Below, piece after piece: positions 9,201 through 18,648 of a stretch of 42,570 nt of DNA (position 1 is the first letter of the stretch; each line of letters opens with the position of its first letter). The translations under genes and the position numbers were made by a program. The stretch is from Alphaproteobacteria bacterium. Lineage in GTDB: Bacteria; Pseudomonadota; Alphaproteobacteria; Rickettsiales; Deianiraeaceae. The notes below the pieces were generated by a model. It was not told the DNA's origin and did not search any database. It was given only the letters and a program-made list of their open reading frames with translations. The stretch covers positions 1 through 42,570 of the forward strand of contig JAURNI010000072.1 of assembly GCA_030830305.1 (NCBI GenBank), read 5' to 3'.

Positions 9201-10260
9201 TAAAGACAAACTTAAGTTTACTTTAAGTGGCGATGATAACCAATCAATTCTTGGAAATCTAAAAAATTTATACTCTAATCATATAGAAGATAACAAAAGA
9301 GAGTGTCAGGGTAGAATAGAAAACATTATTAATGGTAATGATCTTCCAAACGGAGTGTTGATATCTATTAAAGTTTATATTGCAATTAAAAGGAAGTTGC
9401 AACCTGGTGATAAAATGTCCGGTAGACATGGTAACAAAGGTGTAGTTTCTGTTGTGTTACCAGTAGAGGATATGCCCTTCCTTGAAGATGGTACACCGGT
9501 AGATATTGTTTTGAATCCACTAGGGATAGCAAATCGTATGAATATTGGTCAGATATTGGAAGTTCATCTAGGTATGGCTTCAAGAATGCTTGGTGCTAAG
9601 ATTAATGAAATGCTAGAAGAAAAAAAGACAAAAGAAGACATTGTATCACTTTTGGAAAAATCTCTTGGAGAAAAAGATGACATTAAAAAGCTAAAAGATC
9701 TGAAGGATATTGATTTTCAATCAACTGTACAAAAGTGGAAAAATGGTGTTAAACTTGCGACATCTTCATTTCAGTCTGTTTCTGATGATAATATTTCAAA
9801 AATCTTTGAAACGCTGGGCGTTAACAGAACTGGTAAATTTGCATTGTATGATGGTTTAACTGGTGAAAAGTTTGACAGAGATGTTACAGTTGGTGTGATG
9901 TACATGCTAAAACTCCACCACCTTGTTGAGGCTAAAGTACACGCAAGATCTGTTGGTCCTTACAGTTTGGTTACACAGCAACCTTTGGGTGGTCGTTCAT
10001 ATTTTGGTGGACAAAGATTTGGAGAGATGGAATGTTGGGCGTTGCAAGCTTACGGTGCCGCTTACACTTTACAAGAAATGCTCACTGTAAAATCTGATGA
10101 TATACATGGTCGATCTGCTATGTATACCTCTATTGTTAGGGGTGACTATACTTTTAAACATGGAACGCCAGAATCTTGTAATGTAATGCTAAAAGAGTTG
10201 CGTTCATTGGGTTTAAATGTTGAGCTTGAGTATGTTGAAAATGCTCACGTGGAACAATAA
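6232..10260 (+). CDS. rpoB: DNA-directed RNA polymerase subunit beta
   Basis: 1342 aa. Contains FFGSSQLSQF-type block LLSQLSQFADQTNPLSE, plus GDKMSGRHGNKGVVS and GGQRFGEMECWALQAYGAAYTLQEMLT. The track start is TTG at 6232; an ATG at 6244 is an alternative. Confidence 0.98.
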   Translation: MHNLMIERINLDSYNFYSGTVSSLLEFQKSSYENFFKMNDSLDGFYRDISMESILKSVFPVFDTFGSLSIEYLSHRITKPKYTEQECIDRGFTYASSLYVTLRMFYYEIDESTGVSEVSSIKEQEVLLCDIPLMSSNVGSFILNGIQKVIVSQIHRSPGIFFEKDLQRGSFGYTASIIPYRGNWIDFEFDTKGTLYFRINRKKKIHSAFLLSSFGMSQVEIVNLFCKSIVVELGSGNVKVSPNQFGKSITMDLFNDQGELVISAGTKNKQSLHSKYTSLYIRADDIIGCVVSHDVSVNGFDIESGTILTKSILDVLLQSNAKVSIIDNSESHDSQIISFVKKYIETPEGSMRYILKSVRPGVVIRDEDVVPSFEKFFASQTSYDLSVVGRYKINLEFNTNIESTCLTSEDVKNTVAKLLNLKLHNLPVQDLDSLKNRRVRGVGELFGNVFKNALLKLSRSCVEKMNSGTPESLMPSDIISASIVSSDVRDFFLLSQLSQFADQTNPLSEIVHKRRISALGPGGLNRDRAGFEVRDVHYSHYGRICPIETPEGANIGLINTLALYAKVNHYGFITTPYRKVVNGKIQDEIEYLDSIQEYDKKIVETDKNFVDLKTNALKSGFVRCRVNGDFKMVDASDVEYIEVNPKQIISVASALVPFIESNDASRALMGANMQRQAVPLVSPRSPIVGTGMERDIISSTTVSVFAKNSGVVCDITSSFIVVQTNNPQQPCDVYRIHKFDRTNQSTCFNHNVLVTIGQYVNKGDILASGPSTQGSELAIGQNLLAAFSSWNGYNFEDAIVISEKVAKSDIFTSVHIEEFEATVRDTRLGAEEITRDVPNISDAVLAKLDESGVVNIGAYVQPGDILVGKVTPKNEDVLTAEEKLLKAIFGERNSKVKNTSLVVPPGVSGTVVDVKIFTKNGVNKVERAKEIDALSIAKIKAEFDKKNDVIEDTFNNLVDDLILKNIVIATHKVKNLNAKVSSEELSKISLKDKLKFTLSGDDNQSILGNLKNLYSNHIEDNKRECQGRIENIINGNDLPNGVLISIKVYIAIKRKLQPGDKMSGRHGNKGVVSVVLPVEDMPFLEDGTPVDIVLNPLGIANRMNIGQILEVHLGMASRMLGAKINEMLEEKKTKEDIVSLLEKSLGEKDDIKKLKDLKDIDFQSTVQKWKNGVKLATSSFQSVSDDNISKIFETLGVNRTGKFALYDGLTGEKFDRDVTVGVMYMLKLHHLVEAKVHARSVGPYSLVTQQPLGGRSYFGGQRFGEMECWALQAYGAAYTLQEMLTVKSDDIHGRSAMYTSIVRGDYTFKHGTPESCNVMLKELRSLGLNVELEYVENAHVEQ

Positions 10261-10276
10261 ATAATTTTATATTACT

Positions 10277-13200
10277 ATGTCCGAAATTACACCGAGAGAA
10301 TTCTTTGATAAAAACACCTTTAATAGTGTAAAAATCAGCATTGCAACACCTGAAGACATTCTTCAATGGTCTTATGGTGAAGTTACAAGACCCGAGACAA
10401 TCAATTATCGTACATATAAGCCTGAAAAAGACGGTCTTTTTTGTGCAAAAATATTTGGTCCTATTAGGGACTACGAATGTCTTTGTGGAAAATATCGCAA
10501 AATAAAATACAAAGGAATTATTTGTGAAAAATGTGGAGTTGAGGTGACCAAATCTTCAGTTCGCCGCGAACGCATGGGACACATTAAGCTTGTTTCTCCG
10601 GTTGTGCATACATGGTTTTTACACTCTTTGCCATCAAGAATTGCAATACTGCTTGATGTACAACTTAAAGAGGTAGAGAATGTCATTCATTTTAATAAGT
10701 ATATTGTTGTAGATCCTGGTAATACACCGCTACAAAAGTCTACGACAATGACTACATCTGAATATGAAGATGCTCTTGATAAGTACGGCGAAGACACATT
10801 TACCGTTGGTATTGGTGCGGAGGCAATCAAAACTCTTTTAGCATCAATTAATTTACAGAAAGAAAAAGAGATATCGTTAGATGCACTAAGATCAACATCT
10901 TCTTTGATTAAGCGAAATTCAATCATTAAAAGAATTAACATTATTAATGATTTTATTCAGTCAAATAACAAGCCGGAATTAATGGTGCTTGATATCATTC
11001 CAGTACTACCGCCGGACTTGCGTCCACTCGTTATGCTTGATACCGGAAAGTTTGCATCATCCGATCTAAATGAACTTTACAGAAGGGTTATTAACAGAAA
11101 TAATCGTTTAAAAACATTGCTTGATCTTGATGCGCCAGATATCATCATAAAAAATGAAAAGCGTATGCTTCAGGAATCTGTTGATGCTCTTTTCAATAAC
11201 GATAGACGCACAAAAATTACCAATGCAAGCGGGAGGGTCTTTAAATCCCTTAGCTCTATTTTAAGTGGAAAACAAGGTAGATTTAGGCAAAATCTTCTAG
11301 GTAAGCGTGTGGATTACTCCGGTCGTTCAGTAATTACTGTTGGTCCAAGTCTTGAAATTTACCAGTGTGGTTTGCCAAAAATTATGGCTCTTGAACTATT
11401 CAAACCTTTTATATATTCTAAACTTGAACTTTATGGTATTACAAAATCTATTAAAGCTGCAAAAGATTTAATAGATGACAAGGACCCAATTGTGTGGCAA
11501 ATTCTTGAAGAGGTTGTAAAAAATCATCCGGTTTTGCTAAACAGAGCTCCAACACTGCACAGGCTTGGTATTCAAGCATTTGAACCTGTATTAATTGAAA
11601 CAAAAGCAATACAGTTACATCCGCTTGTGTGTCCTGCTTTTAATGCAGATTTTGACGGTGATCAAATGGCGGTGCATGTTCCTCTTTCAATTGAGTCTCG
11701 TATGGAGGCTAGAGTTTTGATGATGTCTACAAACAACACGTTAAGCCCTTCAAGTGGTGATCCTATTATTGTGCCAACACAAGACGTCGTGCTTGGAATT
11801 TATTATATGACCCATCTTGCTGAAGATCTGCAAAAATGCCCAATCAAATTTTTATCTGTTGATGAAATTGACAAAGCTTTGGATTGTGGACAAATTAAAA
11901 TTAACTCTGAAATAAAATTTTTACAATCAAGCGAAGGCAAGATTCAAGAATTTAAAACAGTTGCTGGTCGTGTTAAACTTTATTCCATCTTGGGTCAGCA
12001 AACAAAAATACCATTTTCATTTTTTAATAAATGTTTTACAAAAAGTGATATTGCCGATCTTTTAAGAGCTGTTAATGCAAATTTTTCACAGGGATTTCTT
12101 GCGGAGTATGCAAATAATGTAATGCGTCTTGGTTTTAGATGGTCTACAACTTCTGGTATATCCGTTGGCAAGGATGATATCCTAGTTCCGCAAACAAAAG
12201 AATCGCGTGTTGCTGAGGCTACCAAAAAAGTTGAACAATATGAAAAACAATTTGCCGAGGGTTACATCACAGCTCGTGAAAAATATAACAAAGTAACAGA
12301 TATCTGGCACGAATGTACGGAGCAAATTGCAAATGATATGATGATCGGTTTTCAAAAAAACTCCAATACATCAAAAATCAACACCGTTTATAGTATAATA
12401 AATTCTGGTGCAAGAGGTTCGGTAACACAGCTGAAACAATTTGCCGGTATGCGTGGTTTGATGGTTAAAACATCTGGTGAAATTCTTGAAACACCTATTC
12501 TATCTAACTTTAAACAAGGGTTAAAAGTTGGTGAATATTTTAATTCTGCACATGGTGCAAGAAAAGGTCTTGCCGATACATCACTTAAAACAGCAGACGC
12601 TGGTTATCTAACAAGAAGGCTTGTTGATGTTGCACAAAATTGTGTTGTTCTTGAAGATGATTGCGGAACTGTAGAAGGTCTTGAATTGAAATCAAAATTT
12701 CAAGATGGAAAAATTGTAGAATCTGCGGGAGTGTTATCTTATGGTCGTGTTGCACTAAGAGATATTATCCATGATAGAAGCACGATTGTAAAAGCAGGAG
12801 AAATGATTACTCTTGAAAAATCTCAAGCGATTGTTGATGCTGAAATTAATCAGGTCTTTGTAAGAACGCCAATCAAATGTATTTTAGAACAAGGCGTTTG
12901 TGCAAAATGCTATGGTAAAGATATTTCCTCAAGTAGTTATATATCAATAGGTCAGGCAGTTGGAATTATTGCTGCACAGTCAATTGGTGAACCTGGAACA
13001 CAATTGACGATGAGAACATTTCACTCCGGTGGTGTTGCCTTAAGAAGTATGCAAAAACCTCTTATAGAATCTGAATACGATGGTGATGTAGTATTTGAAA
13101 ATATCCAATTTGTCACGAATTCTGCTGGTGAGAAAATTGTGATTACAAACTCTGCGCATGTTTCTGTTGTAAATAAGAACTCTCGTGTTAATAAGTACAA

Positions 13201-14311
13201 AATTCCTTACGGGGCAAAACTTTTAATAAATGAAGGGCAGCAAATTAAAAAAGGTACAACAATTGCAACGCACGATGTTCACTCCGTTCCAATTGTATCT
13301 GAGTATGCAGGAAAAATTGTGTTTACAGATTTCGTTCGCGGTCTTTCATATCATGAGAATTATGATGAATCGTCAGGTATATCAATTAAAACAATTGTTG
13401 AGTCTTCAATTCATCCTGCCATGAAATTTGAAGTTAATGGTGCAATTGTTAAAACTGATACAGGTCATGACGCAGTTTACTATCTTCCAGTTGGAGCACA
13501 AGTTGCCTTGCACGAAGGTGATATTGTAAATATTGGTGATTTTGTCGCACAATTACCTATGTCTGCGCAAAAAACAAAAGATATTACCGGTGGTCTACCA
13601 CGAGTTGTCGATGTTTTTGAGGCAAGAAAACCAAAAAACCCTGAAGTAATATCTCCATTTGATGGCGTTATTATGGAAATTAAAAACTTTAAAACAAAGA
13701 AGAAAATTTCCATAAAAGACAACGAAACCGGTGAAATTATTAACATTTCTGCACAAGGTAATGCAAGAATTGCAGTTCATATTGGTTCACATGTTTTAAA
13801 GGGTGAAACTATTGTAATTGGTGAAAAAAATCCTTATGATATATTAGAAATTAACGGTCTTGATGCTCTTATTGAGTACATGATTGATGAAATACAATCT
13901 GTATATAAACTGCAAGGTGTAAAAATTAACAATAAACATATTGAAGTTATCATTCGATATATGCTTCAAAAATGTGAAGTAGTTGATTCTGGTGATTCCA
14001 ACCTCTTTAAATTTCAAAAGATTTCTCGCGGACAGCTTGAGAAAATTAATCGTGAAATTGAGCAAAACAAAGGTAGAAAAGTTATTGCTAAGCATATTTT
14101 GCAAGGTATTACAAAAGCTGCATTACAAACAGATTCGTTTATATCTTCAGCTTCATTCCAGGAGACAACAAAAGTTCTTACAGATGCTGCAATATCGTGC
14201 AAAGTTGATAAACTATCTGGTATTAAAGAAAATGTTGTTATGGGTAAAATTATACCTGCGGGAACCGGTTTAGTGGTTGACAGAATTCTTGATGAAGCAG
14301 AAAAAGCATAG
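10277..14311 (+). CDS. rpoC: DNA-directed RNA polymerase subunit beta'
   Basis: 1344 aa. It has the Zn-finger region [23 protein letters not shown] and the catalytic motif [16 protein letters not shown], and follows rpoB. Confidence 0.98.
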   Translation: MSEITPREFFDKNTFNSVKISIATPEDILQWSYGEVTRPETINYRTYKPEKDGLFCAKIFGPIRDYECLCGKYRKIKYKGIICEKCGVEVTKSSVRRERMGHIKLVSPVVHTWFLHSLPSRIAILLDVQLKEVENVIHFNKYIVVDPGNTPLQKSTTMTTSEYEDALDKYGEDTFTVGIGAEAIKTLLASINLQKEKEISLDALRSTSSLIKRNSIIKRINIINDFIQSNNKPELMVLDIIPVLPPDLRPLVMLDTGKFASSDLNELYRRVINRNNRLKTLLDLDAPDIIIKNEKRMLQESVDALFNNDRRTKITNASGRVFKSLSSILSGKQGRFRQNLLGKRVDYSGRSVITVGPSLEIYQCGLPKIMALELFKPFIYSKLELYGITKSIKAAKDLIDDKDPIVWQILEEVVKNHPVLLNRAPTLHRLGIQAFEPVLIETKAIQLHPLVCPAFNADFDGDQMAVHVPLSIESRMEARVLMMSTNNTLSPSSGDPIIVPTQDVVLGIYYMTHLAEDLQKCPIKFLSVDEIDKALDCGQIKINSEIKFLQSSEGKIQEFKTVAGRVKLYSILGQQTKIPFSFFNKCFTKSDIADLLRAVNANFSQGFLAEYANNVMRLGFRWSTTSGISVGKDDILVPQTKESRVAEATKKVEQYEKQFAEGYITAREKYNKVTDIWHECTEQIANDMMIGFQKNSNTSKINTVYSIINSGARGSVTQLKQFAGMRGLMVKTSGEILETPILSNFKQGLKVGEYFNSAHGARKGLADTSLKTADAGYLTRRLVDVAQNCVVLEDDCGTVEGLELKSKFQDGKIVESAGVLSYGRVALRDIIHDRSTIVKAGEMITLEKSQAIVDAEINQVFVRTPIKCILEQGVCAKCYGKDISSSSYISIGQAVGIIAAQSIGEPGTQLTMRTFHSGGVALRSMQKPLIESEYDGDVVFENIQFVTNSAGEKIVITNSAHVSVVNKNSRVNKYKIPYGAKLLINEGQQIKKGTTIATHDVHSVPIVSEYAGKIVFTDFVRGLSYHENYDESSGISIKTIVESSIHPAMKFEVNGAIVKTDTGHDAVYYLPVGAQVALHEGDIVNIGDFVAQLPMSAQKTKDITGGLPRVVDVFEARKPKNPEVISPFDGVIMEIKNFKTKKKISIKDNETGEIINISAQGNARIAVHIGSHVLKGETIVIGEKNPYDILEINGLDALIEYMIDEIQSVYKLQGVKINNKHIEVIIRYMLQKCEVVDSGDSNLFKFQKISRGQLEKINREIEQNKGRKVIAKHILQGITKAALQTDSFISSASFQETTKVLTDAAISCKVDKLSGIKENVVMGKIIPAGTGLVVDRILDEAEKA

Positions 14312-14313
14312 AG

Positions 14314-14568
14314 ATGTACGCTTTAGCGATTACAATACATCGTGCTTTTGTTGTAACGTATCAATTGTACTATAATACTGCTATTGGAAAAGTTTATTTT
14401 TTTGTATCCTGGATTTTTTGGTTATATTTTGTAATTTCGGTTTTTGCCATTTGGTACATGTTGCTTGTTGCTTTGGTGAGTTATGAAAGAAATAAATATA
14501 TTTCTAAGAAATTTTACAACTTTTCTCTTGAGAAAATTTCCAAAGCAAATCAAAGAAACAAAAACTAG
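14314..14568 (+). CDS. hypothetical small membrane protein (orf84)
   Basis: 84 aa with two hydrophobic segments. It starts 2 nt after the rpoC stop and ends 2 nt before the bioA start, so it fills the gap exactly. No family recognised and it could be spurious. Confidence 0.35.
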   Translation: MYALAITIHRAFVVTYQLYYNTAIGKVYFFVSWIFWLYFVISVFAIWYMLLVALVSYERNKYISKKFYNFSLEKISKANQRNKN

Positions 14569-14570
14569 AT

Positions 14571-15803
14571 ATGCAGAATAATGTTTGGCCTCCATATTGG
14601 AGTATAAAAGATAAAACTCCTCGCATCAATATTGTAAGAACATCGAAGTCTTTTATTTACGATGAAAATAAAACTAAAATTTTCGATGGTATTGCAAGTT
14701 GGTGGTCTGTTTGCCATGGGTATAATCACCCAAAAATTATTTCCAACATGAAAAAATGCCTAAATGCAATGCCTCATGTAATGTTTGCTGGTATTACTCA
14801 TAATTATGCGGAAACTTTAGCACAAGAATTACACAATTTTTCATTTGGTCAATTTAAAAAAACTTTTTTCTGTGATTCAGGTTCTGTTGCAATTGAGGTA
14901 TCCATTAAAATGGCGTTACAATACTGGCAATCTTTAAATAAGTATGAAAAAACCCATGTTTTAACATTTTCAGGTTGTTACCATGGAGAAACATTTATGG
15001 CATCTTCGCTTTCAAGCGATGAAAATTCATATATATCTTCCTACACAAATAATGTTTTAAATGTTAAATTACCATGCAATGCAGAAGAGATGCATGAATT
15101 TAAACTCTTTTTAGAAAAAAACCACAAAAGAATTGCTTGTTCAATAATCGAACCCCTAGTGCAGGGTGCTGCAGGTATAAAAATGTATAGTTCGGCAATT
15201 TTAAGAGATATATTTAACCTGATTAAAAAGTACGATATCCTGTTCATTTGCGATGAATGTGCTATGGGTTTTTATAGAACTGGTCGTAGATTTGCATTTG
15301 ATCATGCAGAAATTGCACCTGATATTATAACACTTGGAAAAGCACTTTCTGGTGGACATATTTCCCTTGCGGCAGCATGTACTACCGAACATATATTTTC
15401 AACAATTTGTACAGATGGTTACTTTAAACATGGACCAACATTTATGGCAAATCCTCTTGCATGTTCTGCCGGTATTGCATCACTTAATATATTTAATGAT
15501 TTCAACTATCCTGCTCACATTTGTAAAATTACAGATATTTTTACAAATGTTAAAGATAGACTTCACAAGAGTCTTCACTTAGAAGCGAGAGTTTTGGGTG
15601 CAATTATTGCTATAGAAATTAACGCAAAAAACTTAGATATTAAAGCATACATTTACGAAAATACAAAAGAATTAAAGTTGTGGGTGCGCCCAATAGGTAA
15701 TACTCTTTATTTAATGCCTCCCTTGAATGTTGAGATTGATGATTTACTTGATGCGGTAAAATCTTTTGAAATAATTATCAAAAACACGCATAGTGTTGTA
15801 TGA
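14571..15803 (+). CDS. bioA: adenosylmethionine-8-amino-7-oxononanoate aminotransferase
   Basis: 410 aa. Block-by-block resemblance to BioA: VWPPY, SWWSVCHGYNHPKI, HVMFAGITH, DSGSVAIEVSIKMALQYWQ, IIEPLVQGAAGIKMY, DIITLGKALSGG (PLP lysine), HGPTFMANPLACSAG and YLMPP. Confidence 0.9.
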   Translation: MQNNVWPPYWSIKDKTPRINIVRTSKSFIYDENKTKIFDGIASWWSVCHGYNHPKIISNMKKCLNAMPHVMFAGITHNYAETLAQELHNFSFGQFKKTFFCDSGSVAIEVSIKMALQYWQSLNKYEKTHVLTFSGCYHGETFMASSLSSDENSYISSYTNNVLNVKLPCNAEEMHEFKLFLEKNHKRIACSIIEPLVQGAAGIKMYSSAILRDIFNLIKKYDILFICDECAMGFYRTGRRFAFDHAEIAPDIITLGKALSGGHISLAAACTTEHIFSTICTDGYFKHGPTFMANPLACSAGIASLNIFNDFNYPAHICKITDIFTNVKDRLHKSLHLEARVLGAIIAIEINAKNLDIKAYIYENTKELKLWVRPIGNTLYLMPPLNVEIDDLLDAVKSFEIIIKNTHSVV

Positions 15804-16621
15804 AAAATACTATCATAATAAAAAAAAGCCATCATGATAAATTCTACACCAATCCTACCGTTGCAAGGTTTTGTGTGAAGCAACTCCAACAAACTATAAA
15901 AAATCAAGATTACACATTTCTTGAGCCATCAGCAGGTGCTGGTGTTTTTGTTAACATTTTAAGGGAAATCGGGATATCAAATATTGATGCAATTGATATT
16001 ACTCCGGAATATGACTTCATAAAAAAACAAGATTTCTTTACATATAAACCATCTATTGACGACAAAATTATTGTAATAGGAAACCCTCCGTTTGGGCGGT
16101 GTTCAAGCCTTGCAATAAAATTTTTTAACCATGCAGCTTCTTTTCAAAATACTGAAATTATTGCATTCATTTTACCAAAAACCTTTAGAAAGTATTCCGT
16201 TCAAAACCGTCTTAGTAGTAATTTTGGTTTAGTGGAAGATTTTGATCTTCCTAAAAATTCCTTTCTTTTAAATGGATCTGAATACGATGTTCCGTGTGTT
16301 TTTCAAATTTGGAAAAAATTAGAAAAACCTCGCCTTATTTATAAAAATCATGTATCAAATTATATAGAGTTTGTTCAAAAAGAAGAGGCAGAATTTGCAA
16401 TTCGCAGGGTTGGCGGCAGGGCAGGGCAGGTTCTTAATGGAACAGATTATAACCCAAATAGTACTTATTTTTGTAAGGAAAGCAAAAAAGGTGTTAAAGA
16501 AGTTTTACAAAAAATTGATTTTTCGGAATTTGTTAATTCAACAGCAGGTGTGCGAAGTTTAAGCAAGATGGAAATTCAAATAATATTGGAAAAGTATTTT
16601 AAAGAAAATGGTGAAGTTTAA
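15800..16621 (+). CDS. small gamma-class N6-adenine methyltransferase, probably DNA (orphan)
   Basis: 273 aa. The motif order is FYTNPTVARFCV (TaqI/Eco57I-type FxTP block), then EPSAGAGVF (SAM motif I), then IGNPPFGR (catalytic motif IV), then a C-terminal ~140 aa putative target-recognition part. The start overlaps the bioA stop (ATGA). No endonuclease-sized partner is nearby. Confidence 0.65.
   Translation: MKNTIIIKKSHHDKFYTNPTVARFCVKQLQQTIKNQDYTFLEPSAGAGVFVNILREIGISNIDAIDITPEYDFIKKQDFFTYKPSIDDKIIVIGNPPFGRCSSLAIKFFNHAASFQNTEIIAFILPKTFRKYSVQNRLSSNFGLVEDFDLPKNSFLLNGSEYDVPCVFQIWKKLEKPRLIYKNHVSNYIEFVQKEEAEFAIRRVGGRAGQVLNGTDYNPNSTYFCKESKKGVKEVLQKIDFSEFVNSTAGVRSLSKMEIQIILEKYFKENGEV
16416..16430. 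repeat. tandem pentanucleotide repeat (GCAGG)x3 inside the methyltransferase CDS
   Basis: GCAGGGCAGGGCAGG is read directly at 16416-16430. A fourth GCAGG lies at 16404-16408. This is a G+C-rich island in an AT-rich gene. Confidence 0.9.
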
Positions 16622-16841
16622 TGTATACGAGAGGTATTGTGTTGATTTATCTAAAAAAATTGCTTTTGGCAATATTCAAAAAGATATTGTTGTGAATATT
16701 TCACAATTGCCACAAGTAGAAATTTTAACTTTTGATTCAAATTTTATTGCTGTACAAGGTATCAAAGAAATTGGTACTATAAAAAAACTTGAAGAGCTCT
16801 ACCAAAACTACACCAAAACCAACATTCTAAAAAAACCTTGA
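16608..16841 (+). CDS. hypothetical 77-aa protein (orf77), translationally coupled to the methyltransferase
   Basis: The ATG lies 14 nt inside the methyltransferase 3' end. The protein is soluble-looking with no TM segment and no recognisable motif. It may be spurious. Confidence 0.35.
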   Translation: MVKFNVYERYCVDLSKKIAFGNIQKDIVVNISQLPQVEILTFDSNFIAVQGIKEIGTIKKLEELYQNYTKTNILKKP

Positions 16842-16899
16842 CTTATCATCATTTATTATAAACTAGTGTGTTATTAAAATTTTTAAAGTTTTTCTTTGT

Positions 16900-17685
16900 A
16901 TGTCTAATTTGATGAAAGGTAAGAAGGGTGTCGTTATGGGGCTTGCTAATAAGATGTCAATCGCCTACGGGATTGTAAAATCTTTAGTGGATAACGGTGC
17001 GGAAGTGGTATTAACATATCAAGGTGAAGCACTTCTTAAAAGAATTCAACCAATTGCAGAAGAACTTGGCATTAAAACTATTATAGAATGTGATGTTTCA
17101 ACAGATGTAGCAATTGAAAAGACATTTAAGGAAATTCACTCGAGCGTTGGAAATTTAGATTTTGTTGTGCATTCAATCGCATATTCAGATAAAAACCAAT
17201 TAAGGGGTAACTTTTACGATACCACTCGCGAAAACTTTGCTCTAACGATGGATATTTCATGTTATTCATTTATCGCAGTTTGCAAATATGCTCAACCATA
17301 TTTGAATGATGATGCATCTTTGCTTACATTAACATACTACGGTGCAGAAAAGTATATTCCACATTATAACATTATGGGTGTTGCAAAGGCAGCATTAGAA
17401 GCTTCCGTTCGCTACCTTTCTGTTGATTTTGGAAAGGAAAGAAAAATCAGAGTAAATGCAATTTCTGCAGGACCGATTAAAACATTAGCTGCTTCTGGCA
17501 TTGGAGATTTTAAACTCATATTTAACTGGATGGAAGAAAATACCCCGTTAAAAAGAAATACAACAATTGAAGAGGTTGGCGGGACTGCAACCTACTTACT
17601 TTCAAATTTAGCAGCTGGTGTAACAGGTGAGGTACTTCATGTAGACTCTGGATACCATGTTGTTGGAATGAAAATGGTTGATTAA
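16900..17685 (+). CDS. fabI: enoyl-[acyl-carrier-protein] reductase (NADH), FabI
   Basis: 261 aa. Contains LMKGKKGVVMGLANKMSIAYGI (FabI N-terminus), HSIAYSD, YNIMGVAKAALEASVRYL (Tyr-x6-Lys region) and NAISAGPIKTLAASGI. Confidence 0.92.
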   Translation: MSNLMKGKKGVVMGLANKMSIAYGIVKSLVDNGAEVVLTYQGEALLKRIQPIAEELGIKTIIECDVSTDVAIEKTFKEIHSSVGNLDFVVHSIAYSDKNQLRGNFYDTTRENFALTMDISCYSFIAVCKYAQPYLNDDASLLTLTYYGAEKYIPHYNIMGVAKAALEASVRYLSVDFGKERKIRVNAISAGPIKTLAASGIGDFKLIFNWMEENTPLKRNTTIEEVGGTATYLLSNLAAGVTGEVLHVDSGYHVVGMKMVD

Positions 17686-17691
17686 TATGTT

Positions 17692-18144
17692 TTGTTTTTA
17701 ATGTCTGAATCTTTTGGTATTGAAAAAATAAAAAAGCTTTTACCCCATAGGTACCCAATGTTGCTTGTTGACAGAGTTGAAAGCATTGTACGTGGAGAGA
17801 AGATTGTTGCAATTAAAAATGTTACAATAAACGAAGAATTTTTTAATGGACACTTTCCTGCAAAACCTGTTATGCCAGGTGTGTTAATTGTGGAAGCAAT
17901 GGCACAAGTTTCTGGTATCCTTGCTCTAGACACTATGGGTGATGATGTTACAGAAAATGCACTTGTTTATTTTCTTTCAATTGAAAACGCAAAATTTAGA
18001 AAACCCGTAGAACCTGGTGATACACTTGAAATTCACTCAACAATACTAACAAATAAGGCTTCAATTTGTAAATTTGAATGCGAAGCTTTAGTTAAAGGTA
18101 AAAAAGTTGCAGAAGCAACAATATGTGCAAAAGTAGTAATATAA
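17692..18144 (+). CDS. fabZ: 3-hydroxyacyl-[acyl-carrier-protein] dehydratase FabZ
   Basis: LLPHRYPMLLVDRV, FFNGHFPAKPVMPGVLIVEAMAQ and FRKPVEPGDTL are canonical FabZ motifs. Confidence 0.94.
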   Translation: MFLMSESFGIEKIKKLLPHRYPMLLVDRVESIVRGEKIVAIKNVTINEEFFNGHFPAKPVMPGVLIVEAMAQVSGILALDTMGDDVTENALVYFLSIENAKFRKPVEPGDTLEIHSTILTNKASICKFECEALVKGKKVAEATICAKVVI

Positions 18145-18146
18145 CC

Positions 18147-18587
18147 ATGAAAAAACAAATGACATACGAGCAGTTTGTTGAAAAAATTCAACAGGCTTTT
18201 TCCGGTAAAAGGTTTACGATTACATCACAAAGAGAAATTGTCCTTCGTATAATTTATGAATCAGACGATCACCCGGACATTGATGAAATTTATCTTAGGG
18301 CCAGAAAAATTGACCAAAAAATTGGTATTGCGACAGTTTACCGTACAGTTTCAGCTTTGGTTGAAGTTGGCATCATTGAAAAGCTTGATTTTAAAGATGG
18401 AAAAGCTCGTTATGAAGAAGCCGCAACATGCAAACATCATGATCACCTTGTTGATGTTGATACGAATGAAGTCCATGAATTTTTCAACGAAGAGATTGAA
18501 AAACTAAAGCAAGAAATTGCAAAAAAAATGGGTTATGAACTTGTTCATCACAGGCTTGATCTTTACGGAAGAAAAATCAAAAAATAG
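18147..18587 (+). CDS. fur: Fur-family metal-responsive transcriptional regulator
   Basis: ITSQREIVLRIIYESDDHPDIDEIY, IGIATVYRTVSALVEVGII, HHDHLVDVDTNEV.EF and HHRLDLYG align with Fur. I place the start at ATG 18147, just after the fabZ stop, rather than the overlapping track start at 18123. Confidence 0.8.
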   Translation: MKKQMTYEQFVEKIQQAFSGKRFTITSQREIVLRIIYESDDHPDIDEIYLRARKIDQKIGIATVYRTVSALVEVGIIEKLDFKDGKARYEEAATCKHHDHLVDVDTNEVHEFFNEEIEKLKQEIAKKMGYELVHHRLDLYGRKIKK

Positions 18588-18648
18588 CATTAAAATTGAT
18601 ATTTTTTGATAAAGCCCTTACCCTTACCAAGGAAAAATTGTAAGAATT

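Noticed and set aside
16416-16430. GGGCAGGGCAGG is shared between the methyltransferase CDS and the 3' half of tRNA-Tyr (41789-41800). This could be a tRNA-derived attachment-site relic marking an integration.
   Set aside because: The match is explained by both being short GCAGG tandem repeats. It lies inside an intact reading frame, in the opposite orientation, with no integrase or second repeat flanking the gene.
16608-16841. orf77 as the restriction endonuclease partner of the methyltransferase.
   Set aside because: At 77 aa it is far below the size of any restriction endonuclease I know of, and no PD-(D/E)xK, HNH or GIY-YIG motif is visible. It is kept only as an unknown coupled ORF.
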